Positions 25,301 through 38,260 of a DNA stretch of 64,000 bases are shown here, piece after piece. How positions within the stretch are numbered: the stretch's first letter is position 1; each line of letters starts with the position of its first letter. The DNA comes from Mobula hypostoma (lineage: Eukaryota). Where the stretch lies: NCBI RefSeq assembly GCF_963921235.1, contig NC_086097.1:92692001-92756000 (forward strand), given 5' to 3'. Under the pieces are notes generated by a model. The model saw only the letters and a list, made by a program, of their open reading frames with translations. It had not been told where the DNA came from and did no database searches. The position numbers and the translations under genes are program-made.

Positions 25301-26276
25301 CACTACCAACTGGACTGGAGTGCGGTGCAGACAGTTGGTAAATAAAACTCCTACTGGCTCTTTATTAAATGAAAACTAAATGACCTCAGAAAGCCCAATA
25401 GATTGCAAATAATGAAAGACAATAATGTGAATGAAATTAGTCACTTCCATAAAAGTAAAATTTTTGAATGAAAACTATCAACCACCAAAGATAGTAGTGA
25501 AGCCTGCATTTGATTTCTTTGAATGCTTCACATTGTAATAGAATGAATTCACCCGTTTCATAATGACAAAACCTACACACCCCAGAGTGATGTTTTCCAA
25601 CAAGGTACAAGAAATAATTAAGCATAGTATGTCCAATTCTAAGTCGTCAATATAATTCCTTCCCTTCTTGTCTTACACCCTTCTCCCATCAATCCAACAG
25701 TTTTATACATTCTGTAAAGGGGTCTCCCCCTTATGCTCACGATCCCACAGGTCCTGCCATAAGCCTCTAATTCTTAACCCCACCACCCCCTTAGCTTCTG
25801 ATTTGCTGAGTGGAAGGTCTATATCTACAGTTGAACTTTTAACAGCTTTCTTAGCTAAACAATCAACCCACTCATTACCCTAAACACCTCTATGTCAAGG
25901 GACCCACAAGAAGCAGATATGTAAACCAATACTTTGAATATGAAATAGTTTGAAGAGCTGCCAGTAGTAAATCTGACCTATTGCTAGAATAACCTGTTTA
26001 AGACTAATCAAAACCAAAAAAGAATCTGGACAAATTACAACTTTGCATGGACAAATTTCCTCCACTGACTGTAAGCCTAAAATGATGGCAAACAATTCTG
26101 CTGTATATACTGATAAATGGTTAGTAAGACATTTCTTTATTGTTACCTGTAATTCAGATACAAAAACAGCCACACCAACTTCCCAGTTAAATTATCTTTT
26201 GATCCATCAATAAAAATTGTTAACATATCATAATAATTTTCCTTAAGATATTGATAAACCAACAGATTCTCAGGCA

Positions 26277-26394
26277 AACAACAGGAATTCTGCAGATGCT
26301 GGAAATTCAAGCAACACACATCAAAGTTGCTGGTGAACGCAGCAGGCCAGGCAGCATCTGTAGGAAGACGTGCTGCCTGGCCTGCTGCGTTCAC
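26277..26394. mobile_element. Short Penelope-derived fold-back insertion with 14-bp TSD
   Basis: cagattctcaggca at 26263-26276 and 26395-26408. Inverted arms gtgaacgcagcaggccaggcagca / tgctgcctggcctgctgcgttcac. Confidence 0.9.
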
Positions 26395-29300
26395 CAGATT
26401 CTCAGGCATATTCATTAAATCATGTAACCAAAAATCAACTAAAGTTGTTGGAAAGAAAAACAAGGTGAGGTTACTGAGAAAGCTACAATGGGACATATGG
26501 CAATATCCAGCAAACTCAAGCATGATAAGAGTCCAGCCACCCAAAACTAAGAACGTTTTTCCCGACAATCCTCCAACACACTTTTAACAGGGTGATCATT
26601 TCTCTGCCCCCTCAGATTAATCCAGTTTGTTAACATCAGCTTCAACCTCTGCAACCGTACCGATAAATTGTCCCATTTCAACCAGTAAAGCCATAACAAG
26701 AGATGGCCTTACCACACCACAATAGACTTAAAGCCTGTGCTCGTATCATCTCCAGACATTTTAAACTTGAAGATGAAGCTGATCCCATTAGCTACACAGC
26801 CATAATCAAGCACAGATCTAATTAAACAAATATCTAATTAAACAGAGATTTTTGAGTAACACCCTAAGAATACCCACATAGACACCTGCGGATATTTAAT
26901 TCTCCTTTGCATTTATCGATTATTTTACTGTTATGGTCTTCCATGTCAGCTTATTATCCATCCATATGCCTAGAAATCTTACCATAGACACTTCTTCAAG
27001 ATTTTGGCCATATCATTTCAAATCAAGTGCAGGTCTCTTAATCCTCTTTGTAAAACACGTAACTTGTATTTTAGCTACTGAAATCCTCATCTATTTTTGC
27101 AATGTTCGACCTCATTAATCTCTAGTTGTATCCTATATACAGTTAAATTGAAACTCCTACCTCTAATCCATAAAGCTCCATCATCTGCAAAATGTGACCT
27201 ACCCATCACAGTACCTATCTCAGAGAAAATATCATTAATCATAATATTAAATAATAAAGGGCTACAAATACTGCCTTGTGGGGTCCCATTCTCTATCTCA
27301 TAGAAACTCAAATATACCTTACCTACCCTTAGCTGCCTGGATCGTCCAAATAAAACAACACAGAAAAAAATTATATAGCCTTTCTCTCACTGCTAATTTC
27401 CATAATTTAACCAAAAGACCTTCCTTCCATAACATATCATATGCTTTTTAGCAAAAAGGCAAAAAATATTGCTATTACAAATTCTTTATTTACCTGTACT
27501 TTCTTAATATCATCTTCCAAACATAAAGCTGAATCCAATGTCATTCTACCTTTCCGAAATCTGCTCTGACAAAAAGCTATATCACATCTCTTTTCCAAAA
27601 TATAATTCAAAAGCTCTATCACCATACATTCCATAAATTTACATAAATGGGATGTTAATGATATTGGTCTATAATTAGAAGGACCTGACGGGGGTTTCCC
27701 AGAATAGGCACTACTACAACCATTTTCCAGGAGTAGGAAAGATGGCCTAACCTCCAAATATGATTTAAAAATTTTAATATTATCTCAAGAGTTGTCAGTC
27801 ATGTGTTTAAACACACAATAACATGATCCTTTCCAGGAGATGTCTGACCTGCACTCTGAACAGCCTTCTTAAATTCACAGAAAGAAAACTCTACATCACT
27901 AATACTATCATTGCTACAGCTGGCTTTCAACACATCAGGGTATTCAGTTAAAACCTTATCCCTACATTGTTTAACCTCTTCACTTAAATTATCTTGATTA
28001 TGAATTGCAGCAAATGACCTAGCCAGTAACTCAACCTTCTCTATTTCAGTAACAATCATATGATCTTTTTTAATCAATACTAGAAGGTTATTACCCCTAT
28101 GAATCATCACCATTTTCTTAGTCATTCCCCAAACATCTCCAAGTTCAATATCCCTTCCAATACTATCACAATATGCCCTACAGTAACCCTTTTTCACAAT
28201 CTTCACCACTTTCCTCAGCACGGCCTGTGCCCATTTATACTTAATAAGGTCACATGGAGAGTGATACTTCGTAACTTTCCTAAACACTATATTTCTCTCC
28301 CTGATTGCCTCTGCACACTCCTCAGTCCACCATGGTATAGCCTTTCAGTATTAATGCCCTTTTTAATAGGAATCACTTCCAGCACAGTGAATAATGTGAC
28401 ATAACCTTTCATTACAAAAATTCACATCATCCTCAACATTCAGTCCTGACAGACGTTCATCACATAAAAGATTAAACTCCTCTCAATTTGCTTTGCCAAA
28501 ATCCACTCCTAAAAGTGGCCTCCTATCCCCTATATAAATCCAAACCCAAGCTTATAAATGTAGGAAGATAATCATTCCCCAATGTTTCATCACTCATAAC
28601 ATCCCACACACTCACTCCAGCCAGAATGTTTGAAACTAAAGTTAAATTTATAACAGTTTCAGAACTATTATGAAATTAAATCCTGTACTCCTCCGATCAT
28701 TAAGACACTCAAGATGGGAAATATCTAAAAATTCTTTTACAATCAAACCATTACCATCATTCTGCGAACAACCCCACAGTGAACTATATCAGTTAAAATC
28801 CCCACACCATACAATCCATAGTGAGCTAGAGCTACATATACTTTCTACCAATCAGTTGGAAGCTTTCTATAAGAGTTGTAAAAATTAACCACTTTAATAC
28901 CCCTACCTGATGAATCAAATATTTCTACTACAAATGCCTTATATGTTTCATTCACGTCCTCATCTCTATGTCCCATCTTTTCCTTATAAAACTGGCAATA
29001 CCACCTCCTCAACCAACTAATCTATCGCACCTAATTACAATATAATCCTGCAAAAAAAAACTTAAATGTGGTAACAATCAGGTTTCCTGAATACATATAA
29101 CATCAGGAGGATTTGACAAATCAGAAATAAACTTCTTAAAGTCTTGACCATTAGAAATTAGGCTTCGTGCATTCCACTGCAATATTCTTATGCCATTATG
29201 TACTTTCACAAGGAGATTGAAATACAGATACCCACCCATCAGAGCCTCATTAACAGCTTCCCACATAACACCAATAGTTATACCAAGATACTTTTCAGCA

Positions 29301-29419
29301 GCTTTCACAATAATTTTAATTTTCTCAGTACCACTAGACGTCTGAGCAGTCCAATTCACCGCATCAGTTATAAACATCACAAACTTCAATTTATCAACTT
29401 GGAAAGCACCTTTAGCAAC

Positions 29420-30247
29420 AGAACGGAGACGCAGACAGAGTTAAGATGGCGCTAAACAGCGACTCCTTTGCTTGTGTCTTCGGAAACAGCTCTATTTCCA
29501 TCTTTAATTTTTTTCCCTTTCAGGGTTCTTTTGAAGACCCTGACCTGAAGTTACATGCTGACCTCGGTTCTTTGCAGGAATGGGACCAATTCTCAGGGTT
29601 TCAGGACTGACCAATGTTCAGCACGCCAAGGGATCGGCCTGAGAAGCGGCCTAGTGTTTGGAAGCCTAAGATCTCGGGGATCTGGAGATGGGCGGATTGA
29701 GGGTCGGTGTCATGGCAGGAGACTCAAGTGTCGTCGGGGAGGCCGGAAAATCTTCTGCTGTGGGCCCGAAGACCCGAGATCTTTGCAATTTTCAGGCACA
29801 GAGCTTGTAAAAAGCAACAAAATGGACTTTTTAAACATCATAAACCAGTGGGTTGTTGTTACATCTCCTGCTCGCTGTGAAAATGGGGGACACCTCCCTC
29901 TCTCTTATTAGGGAGACAGAACCTGTGGGTTGCCGAATGCTGGATGAATTGCGATAGTCTTTGGGGTAACTGCAAGGTCTGTGTCTTTGCTATTGCCTAG
30001 CTCACACTTGTGTTCGGTTGCAGGTGTGCTTTTTGTTCTGCTGGCGTGGGGAGGGGGGATTATTGCTCACTGCCGCTTACGCCCGGGAGGGGAAGCAGGT
30101 GGGGACTTTGGGGTTCACATTTTTAACCGTCGTTCATTCTTTGGGGCACTTCTCAGTTTTCGTGGATGTTTTGAGAAGAAAAAGCATTTCAGGATGTATA
30201 TTGTATACATTTCTCTGACGTTAAATTGAACCTTTGAACCTTTGAAC
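29420..30247 (+). mobile_element. Non-autonomous LINE-derived retroposon nested in the Nimb-like element
   Basis: Starts near aagatggcgc, GC-rich non-coding body, ends ttaaattgaacctttgaacctttgaac. 3' end resembles 11865-12040. Confidence 0.65.
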
Positions 30248-31379
30248 TGTGATGCTGACATATATACACTGACTTTGAAGTCTGGTAATACTTCATCAAC
30301 ATTCGGTTTAACTTTTGACCACCCTCTGCATAGGACACACCTAACTGTACTTTAATCCCTTGAACTTCAGCTGCCTTCTTAAGCACTTCACATCCTTTAT
30401 AACCTGCACTATGTTCTTCTCCACAATTATAACAGTTAAACTTTATGCCTTCTCCAAAAATCTTCATACTTACGTTTCGTACCATACTATAAGCTCATGC
30501 ATTCTAACTAACATACTCCAAACTAACTTTATCAGGGAGCTTCACCTCATCAAAATATATCAATACACATAAACTATCCATCCTTTCCCTATTTCTACCT
30601 ATTTGTAATCTCTTTACCTCCCTAACTTTGCCTCCCAATAAATGAGATTAACCTCTTCTATCAAAATCTCTACCAGAACACCTATTATAACACCCTTAAT
30701 ACCTCCATTTTCATTAGGCAACATGGATACGAGCTTTTCGCCCAGCAAAGTCTTCAAACTTAATAACTTCTCACATTGTTTCTTTATCCTTACAAGCGAT
30801 AACATATTCCCTCCTCCAGAAGTACAAGCACAATCTATTCAACTCTCTGGTTAATTTAATGGGATCGATGGAAGAACACTGTTCCGGGTCAAATTTAAAC
30901 AAAACCTTAAAGTCTTCCTTCTTCTTTTCAAAAAATCCCGCCTTCCTCTCCATCACTAGAAACTTCTCCAATATTATATTTCTTTTTCCGTTTTCCAGAT
31001 CTAGATTCAACTTCACTCCAAACTCCTCCTGCCAACCTGCACTCTCCCAAACCCTCCATTTCCAGTTCCTTTTCCAGATCCTCCCCCACCTGAACCTACA
31101 TTATTTCCCAACATCCCCACACCATTCACAGCCAGCGCCACCAACCACCACTCTATATATCTATATATGTATCCCTCCTCATAATTATAGTTGCCCAGCC
31201 CTCCTTAACATTCTGAAAACTCTTTCATGTGCTAGCAGATCTTTCCAGTAGTATTTTTTTTATTCATTTGTGAGATATGAATGTTGCTGGCACTGGCAGA
31301 ATTTGTCCATTCCTAATATTCCTGAACTGAGGAGGAAGTTAACAGTCAAAGGATGAAGAGCTTGCTATTCAATATTTTT

Positions 31380-32920
31380 AAAAAGTCAAGTAAATGATTA
31401 AATATGGCAAATACCCTAGACCTGATGGTCAATGTCCAAGGGTAACAAAGATAGATGCTGAAATAGTAAACATACATGTCTGGATCTTCTGGCATTCTTG
31501 TTTGAACAGTCCCAATGGAATGGGAGGAAGCAGGTTTAATGCATCATTCAATAAAGCGAAAAAAAAATACAGATAATTTATCCTGACATCTAATGGAAAT
31601 ATTACTCACATTTAGTATTATGGAAATAGTAAAAGGGCTTTGGAAAATTATAGAACGTTTGAGCTGGGTCACACATATTTGTGAAAGGAAAATGACATTC
31701 AGTATATGAGTTAGAATTTGCATGAAGATGTAACTTGCAGAATGAGCAATGAACAACTAATGCACATGGATATTTGGACTTATGATTGTCATTACGCAGA
31801 CAACAAAGCCTATTACCCAAAATTGCACACAGAGCTCACGGAGTTGGGGATAACTTAGTCGCAAAACTTGAGAACAGAAAACAGGGAGCAGGAATAAGCA
31901 GCTAGTTTATTGGAGAACTGCAAGGACTAGTACTTGGGCTTTAGGTCCTTACAATTCACATTGAGGGAGGCAATCCAGAGTAATATATTCAAATTAGAAG
32001 GTCAAGAAGAATGCAAAGAACACAAATGAATTGGTCAGAAGGAGGAAAGATAGAATATAATCTTTCTGGAGTTAAATATATTGGGGAAGTCATGTTAAGT
32101 GTGATATTATTAACTTCCATAGGAAGTTAATTGAAATTTACATAAATTCAGGGATACAGGTACAAGAAAATTAATAGACAGACAGCAAGAGATTGGGATG
32201 GCAAGTGACAGTTACCTTTACTCAAAGGAGATGTCAATATGGAAGGAAGGATGACTCAGTACTCCAAAAGAGGGTTTCAGTGAGACAAATGCTTCAGTAT
32301 GATGTTCAGTTTTGGTCTCTTTATGTAAGGAAAGATCTACTTGCCTTAGAGAGAGAAATAACAGATTTACTAGCCGTATAAAATGTTGGTTAGGCCGCAC
32401 TTGGAGTTCTAGTTGCCCAGTTATCGGAAGGATAGCATTAAGCTGGAGAGTGCGCAGAAAAGCTTCACAATGATATTATCAGAACTGCAGAGGAGAGGCA
32501 TGATACACTAGAACTTCTTCTCCTAGAGAGAGGAGGCAAAGGGCTGACTTTACAAAACTATATAAAATCATAAGGGGCGCGGATAAATGAATGATCATAG
32601 TCCTTTACTCAGGGTAGGAGAGTCTAAAGCGAGAGGACACAGATTTAAAATGAGAGGGGAGTGATTTTAAAGGGACCTGCGAAGAATTTTCCACATAGAG
32701 GGTGATAGGTACATCAAACCAGCTGCGAGAAGAACCTGTAGAGGTGGATACAATAACACTGTTTGAAAGACATTCAGACACATACATAGAAAAGCCAAGA
32801 GGGATATGAGCCAAACACGGACAAGTGAGACTAGCTCAGACAGATACAGTATCTTTGTCAGGGTGGACAAGTTGGACTGCAGAGCCAGCTTCTCTGCTGT
32901 ACCACTCTATCACTATGTTC
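31380..32920 (+). mobile_element. Decayed CR1 fragments (older body plus younger 3' end at about 32370-32915)
   Basis: gttcagttttggtctctttat (VQFWS), gttaggccgcacttggag (VRPHLE), CR1 3'UTR-like end. Confidence 0.6.
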
Positions 32921-33772
32921 TGAGTTCAAGGAACTGTCGAAGAGTTAATCAAATACAAGGGACCAATAACTCGCTGGTCTTTAATAGAATGACCGATGGT
33001 CACAGAGAAGTCCTTTGAATTCTTCCTTAAATCCCAAGAGCAGTTTAAGCTCAATTAGGGGGATAGCACCAGGGGCCACAATACCAAGTAAAGGGAACAA
33101 CCAATCAGGACATACATGGAAACTTTTTCGTCAGGGTCGTGAATCTTTCACACTTCCTGTCTTAAACGTCTAAGGCTGGGGGTATTCAGTAGGTCAAGCA
33201 TTAGCTGTAACAGTGGAGAAGGATACAGAGTTGATGCTTCAGATCAATGACCTGTCATCTGATCACAGTCAAGAAATGTCGGCATGCCAGTTTCTTAAGA
33301 GTGCTGACTCTACTGCGCTGAATGGGCATTGCAAGTAGAAGAAAAATCTTGTATTCTGACTGGACATTTGACGACCATCAGGAACCCCAAGTACAAAACG
33401 AAAAGCTTTTTACTGGAAACATTAACTTTGATCTATCTCTACATTTGTGGCCTGGCCTGGTTTAGATCCCCAACATTACCTGCTTCTCCTCAAATTTCTG
33501 ACATTGGTAGTTCTCTTATTTTGTTGATTGCTATGTACATCAATAAACTTTTGGTAACTAAATGGAACAAGCATTAGAGAGAATCAGGCAAGGGAGTGAA
33601 GCCAATGTAGAACTTTACCCAATGAACAGCAGAAAGGCTAATGAAGCAACATGATCTACTGTTGTTCTCATTTCTATGTTCTTAACATGACAGCTCCTAA
33701 GTATTCTCCATCTGATAAACTACAATGACAGGCCTTTTTGCATAATATAATTTTGAAGCATGCCAAGCCCAC

Positions 33773-33874
33773 CTTTTGAATGACTCGTGACAACATCTGA
33801 AGGGCGAGAGTTCGCTGCTGAATTATCTGACTGCGAGATAAATGGAAGAGCTCTTGAAGTGAATAACCAGCTTC
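33773..33874 (-). CDS. RPAP1: RPAP1 internal coding exon (102 nt, phase 0)
   Basis: tcttttag|GAA GCT...CAA AAG|gtgggc. Translates [34 protein letters not shown] (conserved [14 protein letters not shown]..QQR.LAL motif). Confidence 0.96.
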
Positions 33875-34409
33875 CTAAAAGAGACAAATAAGTTGTTAAG
33901 AGATGATCACTGCATTGGTGCTCCATAAATCTCTCCTGCTATTTGTCCTCTTAACAAATAACGAGCAACTTGATTAGCTTTGTTCTCATAATTCATCAGA
34001 AGTCTTAAGAATTACAAATGCAGCAAGAGCATAAATATTGCTATCGTTCCCCTTAAAGCAATGGGAGTAGAAGAGAGACTTGACTGAAGTTTCAACTGAG
34101 TACATGGCAAGAAAAGGTAAACAATTCAGTAACAAGAGGGCATTAATTAAAGGGAACTGGCAAAAGTCAAGGAGATGTGCACAAAGCACCATTTTGGCTC
34201 ACCAAGTCTACACCAATCATCAACAGCACATCTGGACTAAGCCAACATTAATCTCGGCCTGAAACATTGACTATCTATTTTCTTCCACAGATGCTGCCTG
34301 ACCTGCTTAGTTTCTCCAACATTTTGTGTACGTTGCTTTGTTTTGTGGCTGCCTGCTAGGAGACGAATCTCAAGATTGTATCATGTCTACATATTTGGAT
34401 AATAAATTA

Positions 34410-34970
34410 CATTATTAGATTAGATTATGAGGACACACAATCCTCCTTTATTAGCATTTAGTAATGCATGCATTAAGAAATGATACAATATTCCTCCGGT
34501 GTGATATCACAGAAACACAGGACAGACCAAGACAGAAAAACTAACAAAAACCACATAATTATAACATATAGTTACAACAGTGCAACAATACCATAACTTG
34601 ATGAAGAACAGGTCATGGCACAGTAAAAAAGTTCAAAGTCTCTCGAAAGTCCCACATCTCACGCAGATGGGAAAAGGAAGAAAACTCTCCCTGCCATGCC
34701 CGACCACAGTCCGACTCTGAGTCGTCCGAAAACTTCAAGCTCTGATCAGCCCTCCGACACCGAGTACCGAGCACCGTCTCTATCTGAACGCTTTGACCTC
34801 AGCCTCGGTCGCCAGCAGCAGGCAAAGCCGGGGATTTTGGGGCCTTCCCTCCGGAGATTCTCGATCGTACAGTAGCAGCGGCAGCGAACCGGGCATTTCA
34901 GAAATTTCTCCAGATGTTCCTCTGTGCTTCTCACATCTGTCTCCATCAAATCAGAATTGTCCACAGCCCC
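34410..34970 (-). mobile_element. Non-autonomous LINE-derived retroposon
   Basis: attagattagattatgaggacac tail on the left (minus-strand aataaaggagg...(taatc)n) and a GC-rich body. Family uncertain. Confidence 0.55.
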
Positions 34971-35699
34971 TAAATGTACTTTGAATTATGTGCGCGCGAG
35001 CATTTCAGTTACTGCATGGCCATGCATCCACTCAGCTTAGAGGGAACAATATTGGGTGTTAATTGAAAGTTTTGAAACTGCGATTAAAAATTATAGAGTG
35101 AATGGATAAATACCATCTAAAGTGAAGGGTCATCCATTTAGAATTAAAATAAGGAGAGATTTCTTTACAAAGAGGCACAGAATTCTTTGGGATTTTCTGC
35201 CTTGAAAGGCTTGGACACAGGTAGCTGGAGTTGTTATGAATCATCCGATGACAGATGGGCTTGAGGGACATTTCCTACGTTGCTATGAGATGATACAAAT
35301 CACCCAACCAAAAAGGAGATACCCATGTGCCCATCTCCAGCTGCTTGCCTGAGTTGGATCCAAAGCCAGGAAATGGAGCACTTTCTTTTATTAGGAACAC
35401 AAATCTGTTCATCACCATCTGGTTAGGTTGTACTGAGTTCCAGTGTCAGTGGTATTTGGCACACCAGGAGTTCATGCTTACTCACGGCACAGTGCGGCCC
35501 AGACTGTCAGAATCACTGAAGAACATCTTTACCAGGATTATTCTGGGACCGAGAGTTATAACCTATCAGGGAAACCTGAACAGAGTTGGGCACCTCGCCA
35601 GAAAGACTGACAGGGGACCAGACAGCACTCATTGATAAAACAAAATTTCATTACAGTTGATACAGCAAAGTTCTCCTCTATCATGAGAATGTAGCACCA

Positions 35700-36438
35700 T
35701 AGATGAAATGCTTTGAGAGGTTGGTCATGACTAGACTGAACTCCTGCCTCAGCAAAGACCTGGACCCATTGCAATTTGCCTATCGACACAATAGGTCAAT
35801 GGCAGATGCAATCTCAATGGCTCTCCACACAGCTTTACACCACCTGGCCAACACAAACACCTGTGTCAGGATGCTGTTCACCAAGTATAGCTCAGCATTT
35901 AATACCATCATTCTCACAATCCTGATTGAGAAGTTGCAGAACCTGGGCCTCTGTACCTCCCTCTGCAATTGGATCCTCAACTTCCGAACCGGGAGACCAC
36001 AATCTGTGCGGATTGGTGATAACATATCTTCCTCACTGACGATCAACACTGGCGCACCTCAAGGGTATGTGCTTAGCCCACTGCTCTACTCTCTACACAT
36101 GACTGTGTGGCTACGCACAGCTCAGATACCATTTATAAATTTGCTGATGATACAGCCATTGCTGGTAAAATCTCAGGTGGTGACGAGCGGGCAAAAGAAG
36201 CAAGATATGCCAACTAGTGGAGTGGGGTTGCAGCAACAAACTGGCATTCAACATCAGTAAGACGAAAGAGCTGATTGTGGTCTTCAGGAAGGGTAAGATG
36301 AAGGAACACGTACCAATCCTCATAGAGGGATCTGAAGTGGAGAGAGTGAGCAGTTTCAAGTTCCTGGGTGTCAAGATCCCTAAGGATCTAACCTGGTCCC
36401 AACATATCAATGCAATTATAAAGAACACAAAACAATCA
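35700..36438 (+). mobile_element. Rex1/Babar LINE RT fragment
   Basis: [52 protein letters not shown]. Confidence 0.9.
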
Positions 36439-38260
36439 TTATAGCTTGTCACACCAGACAGCCAGCCACCCTAGTGTTGTTTGGTTGATGATGAGCAGGT
36501 CAGTGTCAGCTAAATCAGGTGAGAGTGGGCAGTTGCGCAGAACGTGTTCAATGTTCTGCACCCTTTCGCCACACTCACAGGATTCGCTGGTCTTTAAACG
36601 CCACTTCACCATATTGTCTCCCGTCCTACAAACTCCTGCTCTCGCTCTGTTGAGAGTGCACCACTTCCGTCTATCAAGCAGTGCCCCGTCTGGCAACATT
36701 TCTGTGGGGTCTTGCACTGTATTGTTTGGTGGGGTTCTGCCTTCTGTTTGTTACCAGAGGTCAATCCTGTATGTTTGCGGGGGGATGTTAGGTGCAGTAG
36801 TTCTCCCCCTGTAGCAAAGCTTTTCCTTGATTTTAGGCGGTGGAAACTGGCACATGATGGTGTAGAGGGTGCTGTGGATTCGAGTTCTGTTTACCTTTTT
36901 CAATTTTTGTTGTAGTGTGTCTTCGGACCTCTGAGGGAGCAATGCCTGCAAGTCTGTAAATGATGTTAGTGGGTGTGGGGCGCAGTGTGCCCATGATTAT
37001 TCGGCAGGCTTCGTTAGGCAACGGGTCTATTTTCTTTGCATGGGCTGATCTGCCCCACACAGGTGCCCAGTATTCTGCAGGTGCACAGCAGAGTGCTAGG
37101 ACAATTGATCTAAGTGTGTGAGCATTAGCTCCCCATTTCGTGCCTGCTAATTTTTTCAAGAGAGAATTGCGAGAGCCAACTTCCCCTCTGAGATTTTGGA
37201 CGTGGGTGGCAAATGAGAGCGGCCTATCCAGTGTCACGCCCAGGTAAATTGGAGTTGGATGGTGTTTGAGCTCCTTCCCACACCATAAGATCTTGAGTTT
37301 CCGAGCTGCTTCTCCACTCCTCAGGTGGAATGCACACACTTGAGTTTTTGATGGATTTGGGTTCAGAGAACACTTTTCATAATACTGCTTCATTGCTTCG
37401 AGGACTGCTGTACGTCATACTTCAACTTCTTGGAAGGAGTTAGCTTGTGTTGCTGTGCATAGGTCATCTGCATAGATAAACCTGTATGTGTTACAGACAT
37501 CCCACCCTGCAAAAACTCACTTCAGGGAGGTAGCACCATCAATTTGCGGGAGACTCCTGGAACTTCCGGGTGAGATGGGATGTATGCAAAATAGAGTAGC
37601 TCCTTAGCAGCTAGCCAGCTAGTTTAAATAACGTTAGCTATGCTAATGAATGGATGGCACCTGTTAAACTCACATCAACATGTCTTTTACAGTCTTAATC
37701 CACCATGGGCAATAGAAAAGTCACTGTTGCAAACAGTGCAGCGAGCAACACTGTCATTATTTTTGACCCCTATTAGGCAGGGGTACACTTTAGTGTAGTC
37801 CGGGGTGACGTATGTTTCATATTTTCTTTTTTTGGAACACACTGCCATGGCGCGCGCATGCGCGCTCTCTCTCGCGCTTGCTCTCTCTCAAAAAAATCGA
37901 TTTCTGGGATATTGTATATAATTTGCGGGCATCAGGGAGCCGCTATCAATATGCGGGAGATTCCCGGAACTTCCAGGAGAGGTGGGATGTCTGGTGTTAA
38001 AAAAGTGTGTTGGTCGGTAATTTGTGTAAACATTAAATAGTAGAGGTGCCAGGACTGATCCCTGTGGTAGTCCGTTCTTTTGTGGACGCCACCTACTCTT
38101 AATTCCATTCATTTCTACATAAAATCTGTGATTTTCTAGGAGGCCTCTTATTACTTTGATTGTGGTTTCATTCTTTAACGTTTTAGATAATTTCAGCAGA
38201 AGGCCTCTGTGATTCATATTGTCATATGCCACTGTTAAGTCAATGAATACTGCCTCTGTA
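36439..38260 (-). mobile_element. RTE-X-like LINE 3' half (RT plus C-terminal zinc finger), split by a MITE
   Basis: DLTVAYD, GLPQGSVLAPLLFNVYT, FIYADDL, LNPNPSKTQVCAFHL, YLGVTLDR, CECGE..Q...HVL..C. Confidence 0.8.
37494..37993. mobile_element. 500-bp non-autonomous DNA transposon (MITE) with 6-bp TSD, possibly hAT-related
   Basis: gtgtta|CAGACATCCCACC ... GGTGGGATGTCTG|gtgtta: perfect 13-bp TIR, TSD at 37488-37493 and 37994-37999. Confidence 0.88.

Larger units (their letters stand above)
25243..31140 (-). mobile_element. Nimb/I-group LINE, near full length, decayed (gag-like ORF1, APE, RT, RNase H)
   Basis: ORF1 CYNCGEEHSAGYKGC; APE ILQWNARSL..PDVICIQET; RT NYRPISLTS, GTPQGSICSPLLFNIMIND, FADD; RNase H IFIDGSK, SVYTAELFAI, VICPDS, WVP; 3' (AAG)n tail at about 25244-25256. 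Confidence 0.88.
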
